This document shows, piece by piece, positions 26,936-40,979 of a DNA stretch of 64,000 nt (its first letter is position 1; each line of letters starts with the position of its first letter). Location: the NCBI GenBank assembly GCA_964016885.1, contig OZ024745.1, forward strand, positions 105,772,001 through 105,836,000. Reading direction: 5' to 3'. Position numbers and translations under genes: made by a program. Under the pieces are notes generated by a model. It did no database searches. It had not been told where the DNA came from and saw only the letters and a list, made by a program, of their open reading frames with translations. This DNA is from Eledone cirrhosa (lineage: Eukaryota).

Positions 26936-28627
26936 TATGAGCCACTAGCATTCTATTTTCAGGACCACATTATTGCCACCAGTTTTGTTTGACATTTTCT
27001 CCGACACATTATGACACTTTGGCAAACAAATGTAGCAGATTTTTCTCGGGGATTGTGGAAAACATTGACCTTGCTTTGCCCCTCGCCACAATTTTGAGTC
27101 GTAATTTAAGACAGATTTGGCATTGCTGTTATACAGTCCATCTAATCTAAGATGTTATTGCTTAGACTTGGAGAGTGACTGAAGTCATGTGTATACCCCA
27201 CAAGCTTTGGTAAGCCCTGCTTGGATGCCCGTTTTGTTCCGTGACTCTGATGATGCGGAAGAACACTCTCGATTATCTCAATCTCAATACATAATGACAA
27301 TTCTCTCTGGTGTAACTATCCGCCAAATGTTTTTCAATGTTAAAGAATACATTGGATAAAATAATATTTGATATTATAAAAGATTGAATAGCCATGACTG
27401 GAACAAATATCATCATAGGTCTGATCAAATCGACGTTAACTAAACCTAAACGACAACATCGAAAACTGTTTCTTTATTTTTTTTTAAACCTGAAAGGTTA
27501 AATGTAAAATAGAAACGGACAGGCTTTGATCCCAGAATTTAAATGGATCTAACTAAATATGGAATATATTTTGTCTGTCGCTCTGCTGATTCTGCCAATC
27601 TAAGGCCCTTAATAAGAATAATAATTAAAAGTCACTGCAAAAGAACAAACAAATATTTTGTTTTAATCTTTAGGTTGTATGAGCCAATTAGAATAATATT
27701 GTAGATTGCACAAATAAATCTATTAGAAATATATTGAAATCTGCTGAACTGATAATATAATTAAATATCTTAAAGCTAATTTTACATTTTGATAATGAAT
27801 TTTATGGAGACAGTTCTATACTCTATTTATTCGCTCATTATCTAAACAATGCTTTAAGTAGATTAAGCCAGAGTCACTCTTTAATGCATGGAATAGGAAA
27901 TGTTTCAGGCAACATGATCTTGGAGAAAAATCCGTTGATAAGGTTTCTGAGTATAAAATTCAGCGTTGTCAACTTAACAATTAATGTAAGCGTTTTCTCA
28001 TTTGATTACTGCTGGCATGATGTATAATTGAAAGAAAGGCGAATATAACATTAAGATAAATAAGCTAAACGTGAATAAGTTTTAAAGAAGATATGATATA
28101 CTAGGTCTGTCGAAAAAAGTATACGATTTTATATATTTCTTTCATGAGAAGTAATAACGTTAGAGAGACAAAAGTTTGCAGGGAGGATAAGCATATACTG
28201 GTACACTTGTGTGGGCTTTAGAGATATCGCTGGATGCGTGAGTTTATTCCTTTTCTCCTTTAATCCTATCACTTCTGCGGGCCAACACGATTCTAGCCGC
28301 TGATTTATGTCCTTTGAGGTAAATCTTTTGAAGTTTTCGCCAGGAAGTCATTTTTTTCAGATAACATTTTTTAATATAATTTTCTCTTAAATTAAAAACT
28401 TGCTCAGACCTATTCTTGGTATTAGAAGGATAAGTGACAATAAATATAATGGGGAAGGCAACTTGAAACCTGGGAACAGAGCGCAGATATAGGGCAAACA
28501 GCTATTTTTCGCAGTGGGAGCAGTACAATTTTAACTTTCGGAAAATTACCTATTGCTAAGGGCCACCCTAATATACATATATCCGTATGTGGTTGACATC
28601 TGAGAGAAATGAGTACTCGATATTGAG

Positions 28628-28684
<57 letters not shown>

Positions 28685-28752
28685 CAAGGTCAAGCAATCA
28701 GAGAAAAAGTTTTAAAATAAATTTCAAAATATTCACTGTACTTACTATATGT

Positions 28753-28834
28753 GCCTTTACCGCGGTTTCCGATCCCAAAATAAATAGATAATCCAAGCGG
28801 ATTTCCAGTGAGAAAGAGATCATCGTCAGCAGGC
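28753..28834 (-). ncRNA. Type I hammerhead motif with large loop II
   Basis: GCCTG-CTGACGA-TGATCTC...GGGATCG-GAAA-CCGCGG-TA-AAGGC. Confidence 0.7.
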
Positions 28835-29079
28835 TTTTCTCACTCGAAGAATATAACATTCTCGAGTTAAATCACAAACTGGCACCACACAAAACTGCTC
28901 CCGAATGAGAGTGAATGAGAGAAGAAACAATTCTGTCTGGTACCGTGTGCAAAGACAAATGCTAGGTGGACAGGTCAATGTAATACTACTAAAAATAGCA
29001 GCCGTTCAAACGACCTTCCGTAGAGGAGAATAATAATAAAAGTATGTATTCCTACATGTAAATATTACACACACACACA

Positions 29080-29186
<107 letters not shown>

Positions 29187-29285
29187 GATATGTATATATG
29201 TATACTCTCCTTACTTGCATTGCTTTCATATTTCTTCTTGCTCCCTTTTCTCATTGTATTTGTATATAAACAAGTATATAGATAC

Positions 29286-29670
29286 AATGAGAAAAGGAGA
29301 ACAAGGAGAGTAATGAGAAAAGGAGAGAAGAGGAGCAAGGAGAGCAATGAGAAAAGGTGATCAGGGAGAGCAATAATAAAAGAAGAGCAACGAGTAAAGG
29401 AGAGCAAGGAGAGCAATGCTAAAAAGAGAGCAGGAGAGCAAGGAGAGCAACGAAAAAAGGAGAGCAATGAGAGCAATGAGAAAAGAAGACCAAAGAGAGC
29501 AATGAGAAAAGAAGACCAAAGAGAGCAATGAGAAAAGGAGAGCAAAGAGAGCAATGAGAAAAGTAGAGCAAGGAGAGCAACGAGAAAGGGAGAGCAAGGA
29601 GAGCAGTGAGAAAGGGAGAGCAATGAGAAAAGTAGAGCAAGGAGAGCAATGAGAAAAGGGGAGCAAGGGG
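29286..29670. repeat. Purine-rich minisatellite, ~26-bp unit
   Basis: GAGAGCAATGAGAAAAGGAGAGCAAG-like tandem units. Confidence 0.9.
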
Positions 29671-29910
29671 TACAAGGAGAGATTAAGGCAAATATTGCTC
29701 AAGTTATGCTGGAAGCAGACATAGGTGAAGAAGAGGAAGCAGAAAAAATCAACTGAAGGGGTACATTCTACACCAAAATGACTCTTCTGCCTTTACAGAC
29801 ATCGAATTTTCCTTTCGACACGTTCCACCTCATATCAAACTCTTTCAGATTATTAGCCCACTCACAGTATATATATGTACTGCCTCTCTGTTTTGTTCCC
29901 GTTCCACTTT

Positions 29911-29981
<71 letters not shown>

Positions 29982-30374
29982 CGAAGGAAATGTGGTAAGG
30001 AACCAGATGGACCATAACACACCAAAGTACTCAATACTTAGGGTAGTAAAGTGGGTAATAGGAGCTCAAGCCGTTTCGACGACTACTTCTGTCCAGAATT
30101 AGCCGTTTCGACGGCTTGATCTCTGCCGTCGGGGTCATGCTTGTTCCTATATATATATTCTAACTACATTGTTTTTCAATATCCCACATTTTAAAAATTA
30201 AATATTTGACTCACTTTGTATTTGTTCTCCCTAAAATAACATTCAAAGTGTACAGCTCTTGTATTGTATACTGTTTTATTAATTGTGGCTAATCTCGCTT
30301 CTATCAAAGCTCATTTTCACACTCTCTCTCTATACTATATATACATATATACGGGCACGGACACACACACATAC

Positions 30375-30427
<53 letters not shown>

Positions 30428-30457
30428 CACGCACACACACACACACATATATATATA

Positions 30458-30578
30458 CAAGGTGTGCCCCCCCCCCCAAAAAAAAAATATATATATATAT
30501 ACAAACTTTGATTACCTGTACAGGCAACATATATTAGAATGCTGTTGAAGTGTGTATACATTTTTGGGGGACACCCTG
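30458..30578. mobile_element. Tc1/mariner-derived MITE
   Basis: TA|CAAGGTGTGCCCC...AAAA and TTTTTGGGGGACACCCTG terminal inverted repeats. Confidence 0.65.
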
Positions 30579-31565
30579 TGAACATATATATATATATCAT
30601 ACATGCAACAAACACACACACATGTATACGAATCTACCATTTCTACCTTTGTTCCTATTTCATTAATATCAGCCCTAAACATTACACCACCACAACTACA
30701 ACCACCATCATTACCTCTAACAGCACCACTAGCACCATCACCAACACTCTCCACCACCATCACCTGTTGCTGCATGACCACTAAGGAAATCCCTTCACCA
30801 TCCCTCCAGCTAACAATCAATTTACATAGCTACACATCCAAAACCAATAAAGTAACTTGTGTGCCTTCAAAAAAATCAAAATAAAATAAGAAAATTAAAA
30901 ACTGGCGAAGCACTGTTGCATGTTATCACCTGAAACAGCAAATAAGGATTTACCACCACTACCAACAACGCCACAACGAACAACAACAGTACCACCACCA
31001 CCACACTTCATACACAATCATTCAACATCATATCCACTATCGTCTTTCCTCATTACCAGAACTACCGCCAAAACTAGCAACGATAACAACACAAACAAGG
31101 CCGACAACTATCTCCTGCCCCGGCACCATCATCACCACCACCACCACCAATCCAGCACTCACTAACAACACCAACATCACCACTACCAATTACCATTAAC
31201 ACCATCGCCACCAGTAACATCAGTAAAACATCCTTTGCCATACATCTATGCGGTCTATTCACCTTGTCCCATACAGGTTCATTACAACTGCTCGAGCAGA
31301 AAACATCTCCTTACTCATCATCGGCTCAGCTGTTATATTCATGAGACTAACACCCTACTTCCTCTCAACCTCTCCCCCCTCTCTCTCTCTCAGTTCCCTT
31401 GTCCCTTTGCCTGTCTGTCTCTCTCTGCCTGTCTCTCTCTGCCTGTCTCTCTCTGCCTGTCTGTCTCACTCTAGCTCTCTGCCTGGCAGTGTGTTTGTCT
31501 ATCTATCTATCTATCTATCTATCTACCTATCTCACGGTGTATTATCTGTATATATAGTATATATA

Positions 31566-31615
<50 letters not shown>

Positions 31616-31665
31616 TATATATATATATATAGTATATAGTATATATATATATAGTATATATACAT

Positions 31666-31697
<32 letters not shown>

Positions 31698-32193
31698 GTA
31701 TATGTATCACTCTCTATCAATTTCTCCTCTCCTTATATGTTGGCCAACCAACCTTTACATTGAGATAGTTGATGACTCAGAGAGTTTAAAGTTAGGCTCT
31801 GATATAAATGAGATTGTTTCAAGACCATGTCATTAGGCAACATAATCTACAATTATGTTTGTGTTGATGTTGTTGGTGTTGTTCTTCGGAGTGCTGCTGG
31901 TCGTAGTGGTAATCGTAGCCGTAGCGTTGTCGTAGTTAGACATAACAGCAGCTGTATTTAGCAGTTTAAGGAGGTGAGATCTCTGAAACATGTTGGTTTA
32001 TATACAATATATATATATATATATATGTATATATATGTAGGAGGTGAGTTTTATTGTAGTACAATAAAGCAATGCAGATATCGGATAAGAAGCACTCTAC
32101 AGTTTGTAGGACTGGAGTATACATAATATATGATATGTTGATTTAAAACTGCACTATTCACAAGTGTTTTTTAACCTTCATATCATGTCTTCC

Positions 32194-32264
32194 TATTTTA
32201 TCTGATGAAAACACAAATGTTATTGCATGATGATATTTGTTTTTGAAATGCGCATAATAAAATA
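32194..32264 (+). ncRNA. Type I hammerhead ribozyme motif with long stem II
   Basis: TATTTTAT-CTGATGA-(36-nt hairpin)-GAAA-TGCGCA-TA-ATAAAATA; perfect 8-bp stem I and palindromic stem III. Confidence 0.8.
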
Positions 32265-32354
32265 CATGGAACTCTTTTAACCATCTTTTGATCTTATATA
32301 TTATATATATATATATATAATATAAGATCAAAAGATGGTTAAAAGAGTTCCAAG

Positions 32355-32425
32355 TATTTTATTATACGAATTTCAAAAACAGATATCATCATGGGATGAT
32401 ATCTGCGTTCTCATCAGATAAAATA
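32355..32425 (-). ncRNA. Inverted sister hammerhead motif
   Basis: TATTTTAT-CTGATGA-GAACGCAGATATCATC CCAT GATGATATCTGTTTTT-GAAA-TTCGTA-TA-ATAAAATA. Confidence 0.75.
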
Positions 32426-32740
32426 GGGAGACATGATATGAAGCTTGAAAAACACTTGTGAGCAGTGAAGTTTTAAATCAACATATGAAAAATAAACTAA
32501 GATGGATATATGAGATTGGGAAAAAGTGAGGGGGGGGGGGGCTAGGAAAAGGTAAGGAAGAGGAAGAAATAAGAGTAAAGGATGGTGGGGCTGGAGTACA
32601 ATAAAACGATAAAATGTACTACAATAAAACTCACCTCCTACATATATATATACGTAGAGTAGTATGTATATACATACATACATGTACACATATATACATG
32701 TACGTATGAGTTTACCGAACATTTATTATAATGTTCGGTA

Positions 32741-32920
32741 GGATTGGCAGTATCGGTAGAGGTTCGGACGCCATGCTTTGACGCATAGAGTTACGGCCCT
32801 TGCCATTCTGAGTTCAAATCCCGCCGAGGTTAACTTTGCCTTTCATCCTTACGGGGTCGATAAAATAAAGTACCAGTAATGTACTGGGTAATTTTCTGGC
32901 CTTGTGCCAATAGTAGAAAC
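32741..32920 (+). mobile_element. SINE with ~21-bp TSD, inserted in one arm of an inverted repeat
   Basis: AACATTTATTATAATGTTCGG on both sides; the opposite IR arm (~33125-33260) lacks the SINE. Confidence 0.9.
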
Positions 32921-33022
32921 ATTTATTATAATGTTCGGATTGTTTGTAAACAAACAGCCCGAATTAAGCCGTACAGTGTTCGGCAACCATCGTAGCCCTT
33001 TTGTTCAACACTGACAAAGGAA

Positions 33023-33063
33023 CGATGAACTAGTTTCTAGCTCATTAGCTGTCATCAGAACCG
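33023..33063 (-). ncRNA. Minimal type I hammerhead motif
   Basis: CGGTT-CTGATGA-CAGCT AATG AGCTA-GAAA-CTAG-TT-CATCG. Confidence 0.65.
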
Positions 33064-33265
33064 TATACCTTCTTGTCAGTTTATTGAACCTTTGAAAGTA
33101 TATACTTTCCTTATGCATATTACCGGTTTACAAACAAACCGAACATTATAATAAATGTTCGGTAAACCCATACGTACATATATATATGTGTGCCTGTATG
33201 TATATATATATATATACATACTACTGTACGTCTGTATACATATATGTATGTACGTATACATACTT

Positions 33266-33337
<72 letters not shown>

Positions 33338-33339
<2 letters not shown>

Positions 33340-33795
33340 AAAGGATCGATCGACTTTCGTCAAATCGGACCGAGGAAACAATGTTTCCGTTGGTCTTTCC
33401 AGTTGCTAGTACTATCTATCGGTCGCAACTCCAGGTAGAAGGAGCAACGTGAAATAAAGTGTCTTGCTCAAGGACATAACGCATCGCCCGGTCCAGGAAT
33501 CGAACTCACAACCTCAACATTGTGAATCCAATTCTCTAACCACTCAGCTTCACGCCTTCACTAAATATATATATATATATATTGTTCCTCACTTTCTGTT
33601 GCTTCACCATTTTGTTTGTTTACCTTCGCGTCCCCTTTGTTTACGTGTCCCAACGACTTATTTAACCGTTGCTCGCACCAACCGGAGGTATATGGTCTTT
33701 AAAGCGATGAAATGCCTATGATGGTTGGAAGATCACTGATGAAGGACAAACTCTTTTCATATGTAACCCATTTGCAACTCCGCAGCGCCCTTATT

Positions 33796-33872
<77 letters not shown>

Positions 33873-34328
33873 AAAGGATCGATCGACTTTCGTCAAATCG
33901 GACCGAGGAAACAATGTTTCCGTTGGTCTTTCCAGTTGCTAGTACTATCTATCGGTCGCAACTCCAGGTAGAAGGAGCAACGTGAAATAAAGTGTCTTGC
34001 TCAAGGACATAACGCATCGCCCGGTCCAGGAATCGAACTCACAACCTCAACATTGTGAATCCAATTCTCTAACCACTCAGCTTCACGCCTTCACTAAATA
34101 TATATATATATATATTGTTCCTCACTTTCTGTTGCTTCACCATTTTGTTTGTTTACCTTCGCGTCCCCTTTGTTTACGTGTCCCAACGACTTATTTAACC
34201 GTTGCTCGCACCAACCGGAGGTATATGGTCTTTAAAGCGATGAAATGCCTATGATGGTTGGAAGATCACTGATGAAGGACAAACTCTTTTCATATGTAAC
34301 CCATTTGCAACTCCGCAGCGCCCTTATT

Positions 34329-34407
<79 letters not shown>
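33338..34407. repeat. 533-bp near-identical tandem duplication bounded by (TA)n
   Basis: Unit starts CTAAAGGATCGATCG at 33338 and 33871; identical translations in the ORF track (33464 and 33997). Confidence 0.95.
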
Positions 34408-34410
<3 letters not shown>

Positions 34411-36677
34411 GCCTTCACCAGTTACATAATTGAAAGAAACATTTGATTGTAAGATTAATGAAAGGTTTAACGAAAGAGAACTGAGGACATGTTTTCTCTA
34501 CATATGTGGTTACTATTTAAATGAATATTGTCCATGCATGAATGGAATAGCAACATCACAACTTACAATTAAGGACAACATGAAAACACACACACACACA
34601 TAGAACAAACAACCAACCAGTAACATGTAAATAAACAAATAAATAAACAAATATAAACACACACATACGCCCGGATGTAACACATGCGCAAACTAAGCAC
34701 ACAACACACACAAAAACAAGATGGCGTAGGACAGAACAAAGAAGAGGCACAAAAACAAAGAAAAGAATCCCCAGTCACTGAAGAGGTCACATAATGTCTA
34801 ACGAAAGAACAATCGTCTGGTTGTGGAACCAACCAACCAGCTGGAAATTTATAAATTCCTAAATTCCTAAATTTAATTTATAATAAATTGAAGTGAAAGC
34901 AACTGGTGCGTGTGTTTCTTATTGGCAACATGACCCTCCGAAAGCATAACAATATATATACATATATATATATATATATGCGAAAAGTCAAAAAGGAAAA
35001 ATAAATCGGAAGAACAATGTAGTTTAATGGATGATATAGTACGCAACGAGTCTCAACGTTTCGGACGTTAGTCTTACATCGTAAGATAAAATGAGTATCG
35101 GAAGAAAAATAGAAGACGGAACAAAGTAAGAAAACAAAGAAATTGAAAAAAATTCACTGGAGGAAAGCACACGTGTGTTTAATCCGTCATTTTTTTAGTT
35201 TTGACGCCCTCTCCCGCCCGCAACACACACAACACTTACATATATATATGTGAGTATGTATGTTATGTTTATTTCTATGTACTTTATTTACTTTTGGATA
35301 TAGCCACCAATGGCCACCAATATATGTTATATCCTTGTGTCAAGATTCAAGCAAGAATCAAGGGGTCAAATCAAATTGACAGTAGCACATAACATTTTGG
35401 CTGTTGGATATTCGAAAGCCAAGAATGATTATAGTTGTATATAATATGAATGTTAAAACGTCTCCTTTGAAAGATTATAGTGCCATTATAATATAATTGT
35501 TTCTACTTTATGCACAAGGCCAGCAAATACCCAGTGCATTACTGGTACTTTATTTTATCGACCCCGTAAGTGCCATTGTAATATAATATTAGTTGTATTG
35601 TCGTACTTATAGAAGTTGAAATATTTCCGTTCATCTTGCTCTCCAGACTTGCTAGTCTATTAGTCCGATTGCTCATATAGTCATATACATATAAAGAGAT
35701 GGGATGGTCACATTGGAATGCCTTTAACCACAGGTCTACTCAATCAAGTCCTGGACACAAAGATGTGTGTGTGTGTGTGTGTGTAAAAGTACACGAAAGC
35801 AAAATAATATGTCTCCCGTGTTTATCGAAGTAAATAGAATAGTATTAGTCATTGTGAAATATCACATGTTACGCCTGTTAATTTTAGCAGAGTCTATCTC
35901 AGACTAAACACTTCGACCATAAAACAGGACAATGCAAGCTAAGATTCCCAATTCATGGAATAAAGTTCCAGTCCTGACTGTGTGATTAAGAAGTTCGCTT
36001 TGGAAATATGTGGTTAAAGGTTCAAACTCATCATTGCAGGACACAATTAGCAAACACCATCTATCATAATCTCCGTGTTCCAAATGTGGAAGATGAGACA
36101 ATCTGTGCTCCTAGGTGATAGACGTAAACTTTGCGCTGCTTAACGCCCCCATATGACCCATGAGGGCATTTATCAGTGGCCAGTTTGTTGCAAGAATTCA
36201 GGTTAGATTTATGGTTATTGATATTGCAGCTATTTCTATGTCTATGTGTGTTTATGTTTGACTGGACTAAGTAAGAGAAGTTTTGTTTTATAGTAGAAAC
36301 GTATTGCAGTAGTTTTGAAAGGTGTTGTATAGGTGTTTCGGCGTTTTAGAGATGATATAGTTATGAAACTGTAATTTTTTGTCAAGGACTGCGTCCATCG
36401 CATGTCCTGTTATTGTTAGTATGTATATTTCATTATGAAGGTGATTTTTAGATGTGATCTCTGTGTAACGTGGGACGATCAACAATGCTTTTTATTGCTC
36501 GCTGTGAAAAGGATTATATATGTTTAGTTAAGGGTGATTATTATTAATTCATATTTCATGCTTAATATAATATATTGGTTGTACATCAATTTTGTTGATT
36601 ATTGTAAATGTGCGTTATGAAATTCCTATGTATGTTTATCTCTTTATCTCTAGCGTGTGTGTGTGTGCTGGTATATA

Positions 36678-36751
<74 letters not shown>

Positions 36752-37029
36752 CGCGTGTGTGCACGTGTGTGCGCGTGTGTGTATGTGTGTGTGTGTTAGG
36801 TTTATTTTGCTTTGTGCTATGGCTACTAGCAACAGTTGTTCTCTTCTACTGGTAGTAAGAAGGAAATCTTTCAACTTGCGAGAGGCTATTTTAAGTTTAC
36901 TGGTGTAGATAATGTTGCTGTTGTTGTTGCTGATATTGCTTTTGTTGTTTTTACTGATGTTGCTGGTTAGAGTGTGGATATTTTTGTTGTTGTTGTAATT
37001 GCTAATGTTGTTTCTTCTGTTGTTGTCGT

Positions 37030-37240
37030 TGGTGTGGCGGTGATATAGGTGATGGTGGTGGTGGTGATGTTGGTGATGGAGGTGATAGAAGTGGTGGTTG
37101 TGGTGGTGGTGATGTTGGTGATGGTGGTGGTGGTGGCGGTGGTGGTGATGTTGGTGATGGTGGTGGTGGTGGCGGTGGTGGTGATGTTTGTGGTGGTGGT
37201 GGTGGTGGTCGCGGTGGCGGTGGTTGTCGTGATGGTGGTG
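37030..37240. repeat. Cryptic (GGT)n repeat with ~33-bp higher-order unit
   Basis: GTGATGTTGGTGATGGTGGTGGTGGTGGCGGTGGTG-like repeats. Confidence 0.85.
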
Positions 37241-37571
37241 AAAAAGTAATGTTGTTTGTTGCTGTGGTAGAAGTGGGAGATATATTTACAGTGGATATTG
37301 TTGCTGGAGGTGGTTGTGGTGATGATGATGGTTACGATGGTGGTAACATTAGCCACATTAATAATAAACATTGCAAAAGTAATTAAAATTGTCTCGGTTG
37401 TATTGCTGCTGACGCTGCTGTAATTGCTTGTTTGCATTGCTGCTGCAGTCAGCTAAAATATTCTAACTCATATTCCTTCTCACATTTCTAATTCTGTTTC
37501 TTTATCTCTCTTCTATACACCATACAACCCTTCATCTCTTGCTCTCTTTAAATATATACACACACACACAC

Positions 37572-37701
<130 letters not shown>

Positions 37702-37734
37702 ATATGTATGTATGTATCTATGTATGAATGTATG

Positions 37735-37766
<32 letters not shown>

Positions 37767-38360
37767 GGAACGAGTAGGACCCCGAAGGCTGAGCTCAAGC
37801 CGTTTTGAGGACTAATTCTGGACAGAGTCCAGAATTAGCCGTCGAAACGGTTCCTATTACCCACTGTACTACCCTAAGTATTGAGTACTTTGGTGCGTTA
37901 TGGTCCATCTGGTTCCTTACCACATTTCCTTCGTTATATATTTATATATATATATATATAGGAAAAAGTATGACCCTGACGGCAGAGCTCAATCCGTTTC
38001 GACGGCTATTTCTGGACTGGCTTATTCAGTCCAGAAATAACCGTCGAAACGGCTTGTCGGGGTCATACTTTTTCCTATTTCCCACTCTACTACCCTAAGT
38101 ACGATCATCCGAATCCACCATCATGATCATATAACTGTTATGTTTGTATAATTAAGGTAGATTGATTACACTATTGTAACAAAGCCGATAATTTAGAATC
38201 TAATGATGACAAGCCAACACATATATAAGTATTCCATCAAATTGTATATGACGTTGAGCGGTAAGTGGAACTGAATCTAAGGATTCCTAATATTTAGTTT
38301 AATACACACACTCACACATACTAACACACACACACACTTACACATACTAACACACACACA

Positions 38361-38399
<39 letters not shown>

Positions 38400-38672
38400 G
38401 TAAATAATAACATGGTCGGCTATACAAAAAGGGTTTTATTTACAGTATTAACAATTGTTTCATTGATCAGGTGAGTCTAAAGGCCGCTAATGACTCGAAG
38501 TTGCGTCACTCGACCTATTACTCCAAGTATAACCTGATGAGAATTCTCGTAAACTCGCTACCTAACTAAGGAAACTTCTTGTTGTGTTAAACATTGCCGT
38601 ACGTTAAAACTATCCATAGTATAGAGTACTCACAATCTGTAACTGGATTACCTAAAACGATAACTTGTTATA

Positions 38673-38715
<43 letters not shown>

Positions 38716-38741
38716 TGTAATAAACAACATAAGGTAATTAT

Positions 38742-38800
38742 TTCATTTACCAGTGGTTTCTTAAAAGTAAAAAAATGTTGCTTTCAATCATCAAAATGAA
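38742..38800 (-). ncRNA. Type I hammerhead motif (C3U)
   Basis: TTCATT-TTGATGA-TTGAAAG...CTTTTAA-GAAA-CCACTGG-TA-AATGAA; 6-bp stem I, 7-bp stem II. Confidence 0.65.
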
Positions 38801-38837
38801 AAAATCCTGGCGTATTTATTGACGTTGGATTTATTGA

Positions 38838-38885
<48 letters not shown>

Positions 38886-38928
38886 TATGATATTAAATAA
38901 ATGGAAACTATATTTATAAAACCATATT

Positions 38929-38989
38929 TATTCTATTATATATATTTCAAGGGTACCAAAACTTTGGTACGCGCTCATCAAATAAAATA
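38929..38989 (-). ncRNA. Type I hammerhead motif (C3U); family also at ~3790-3895 and tail at ~61185-61250
   Basis: TATTTTAT-TTGATGA-GCGCGTACCAAA GT TTTGGTACCCTT-GAAA-TATATA-TA-ATAGAATA. Confidence 0.6.
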
Positions 38990-40539
38990 CAAAGTTTGTT
39001 TTATAAATATTGACATGCCCAGGAAGACATATATTTGTTGAATTACCAACAAATTAAATATCCCTTTTGTTTCTATATATATATATCTAATATATATTTG
39101 TGAAATGGGTGCTGGTTGAAATTCAGATGTGCACGGTTAAATGATAGTAGACGTGGTCGGACTGACATGAGAATTTACACAACTATGTAAAAAGTTTCAA
39201 GGAAGCAAATAGACGAGGTTTCAAATCTCTAACTTGAAAAATGTGGTCCCTCGGGCCCCAAAACTATCGCGTTCGGTGAGTTATTTCCCCCTGTTCTAAT
39301 ACTTTTGTCTTATTTACAATTTCATACAAATAAAGCAGTAAATAAAGGATTATGAGTTCATGCAATTGACTTATGTTTCGTCACTATATATATATATATA
39401 TATATATAGAAAACGCTTTAATAAAAAAAAAATATCAAATGTAATGTATGTATGCATGTATTTGTGTGTTTATATGAGCGGGGATATGCAAGTAAATGGA
39501 CAGCTTATCTTTAGCATAATATTCATGCTAGAACAGCATATATTTGAAAGTTTTCAGGGAGTTGAATTACTGATTTTGGATCGGCACCTTTAGCTTTGAA
39601 AAAATGAAATGTGCAGTGTAAACATTTTTTATTATTTCTCCGGGGATGAATCTTCTCTGCATTTTTCCATCTCTTTCTTTCTCTCTGGAAGAAATCAGCC
39701 GTAGTAAGACCTAAACAAATGGTTAGATACACCATGACGCACCGTGCATCACGGTGGAGTTGAAAAGCAGACTCAGAACATGGCGTTGTGTGGGGGTGGC
39801 TCGCAGCCCAATGTTCAAGAAGAAAGTCAGCTGGAGTCCTATCAAATATGTAGGTTGTGTCTTAAATTCAAGGTTTAGTAGAAACAATTCATGTATAGTT
39901 TTGTACTTTTCTTTTTGTCATTCATATATAAACAAATCTACTATATAAATTGGAAGTGGTCGGACGTTGTATATGTAGGTGTAGTCGGATAAACGTCGAA
40001 ACGGCTTGGTGGGATGCAACGAAAATTTACACAGTTATCCAGAATGACCCGAGGTTACGGAGAAAATCGATGAAACAGGAATTTCCTATTCACATTGAAC
40101 TGAGAGTAATCTGTGAACGCAGAAGTAATTATTTCGAGAAACGTTGCAACCGAACGAAAACAGGAAGACGATATTTTGGTTCGTGAAGACGTTCCCTGGC
40201 AATGAACGGGAAAAAAGCGAGGATAATACGTCGTTATGTGGAACGTGAAGAACAATTTCATGCAAAGACAAGACCAAGTTTATGGTATAAATGGAGTCGT
40301 TAGACTAATATTCTATTTAAAATAACAGAAAGATTTCCAGCCCCTGAGTTTAAGAATGATGTAAATAAAATTGAAAACGAAAATGACAGAGGTTATTAAA
40401 ATAGTAAAAGTAAATAGTGAAGATTTAGGCCAGTACATACGTATGCCACGTCGGACATACACATACATACGCACACACAAATACATACCCCCCCCCCCCA
40501 CACACACAAACACACACACGCACACACACGAACGCACGC

Positions 40540-40979
40540 GCGTATGTATAAACCTTATGCATTTCTACAGTATTTTCACCAAGCTTAAGACATAGGTTAC
40601 TTATGTACTCTGGATGGTCATGGGCACTGCCAATTTTCCAGATATTGATTATAGGGCCTCCCGGCAGATAACCTGCTTTAACCACTTCCTTGGAGTCGAC
40701 TGAAGCACAGCAGTGCAATGCAACAAAACGTCATAACTTTTGGAGTTCGCAACCGATTTTCACAAAACTTGACACATGGGCTACGTTTGTCCTACAGATA
40801 AATGTGAACTCTCAGAATTGGCACATATTGGGTCGGGGACCCCTGGGGGCAGGAACCATTTTTGGAAAAAGCCGATGATTTTGTAAAAGTATAGTTTTCG
40901 AAGCAGCACTGAAGTATTGACATAAATGGTATACACAATTGCTATTTAATATCCGGGCAACGCTGGGTACCTCTGCTAG
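40540..40979 (+). mobile_element. Non-autonomous Helitron-type element
   Basis: 3' end CCGGGCAACGCTGGG hairpin plus TACCTCTGCTAG|T into (TA)n; AACCGATTTTCACAAAACTT internal motif. 5' end approximate. Confidence 0.65.

Noticed and set aside
28100-28370. Mariner-like terminal fragment (also ~40000-40445)
   Set aside because: Single degenerate TIR-like end only; no partner TIR or transposase motif confirmed.
33750-33780. CTGATGAAGGAC hammerhead start
   Set aside because: No closing stem II or GAAA downstream.
36967-37437. Thr-rich mucin-like ORF
   Set aside because: Explained by (ACC)n cryptic repeat; no splice or domain evidence.
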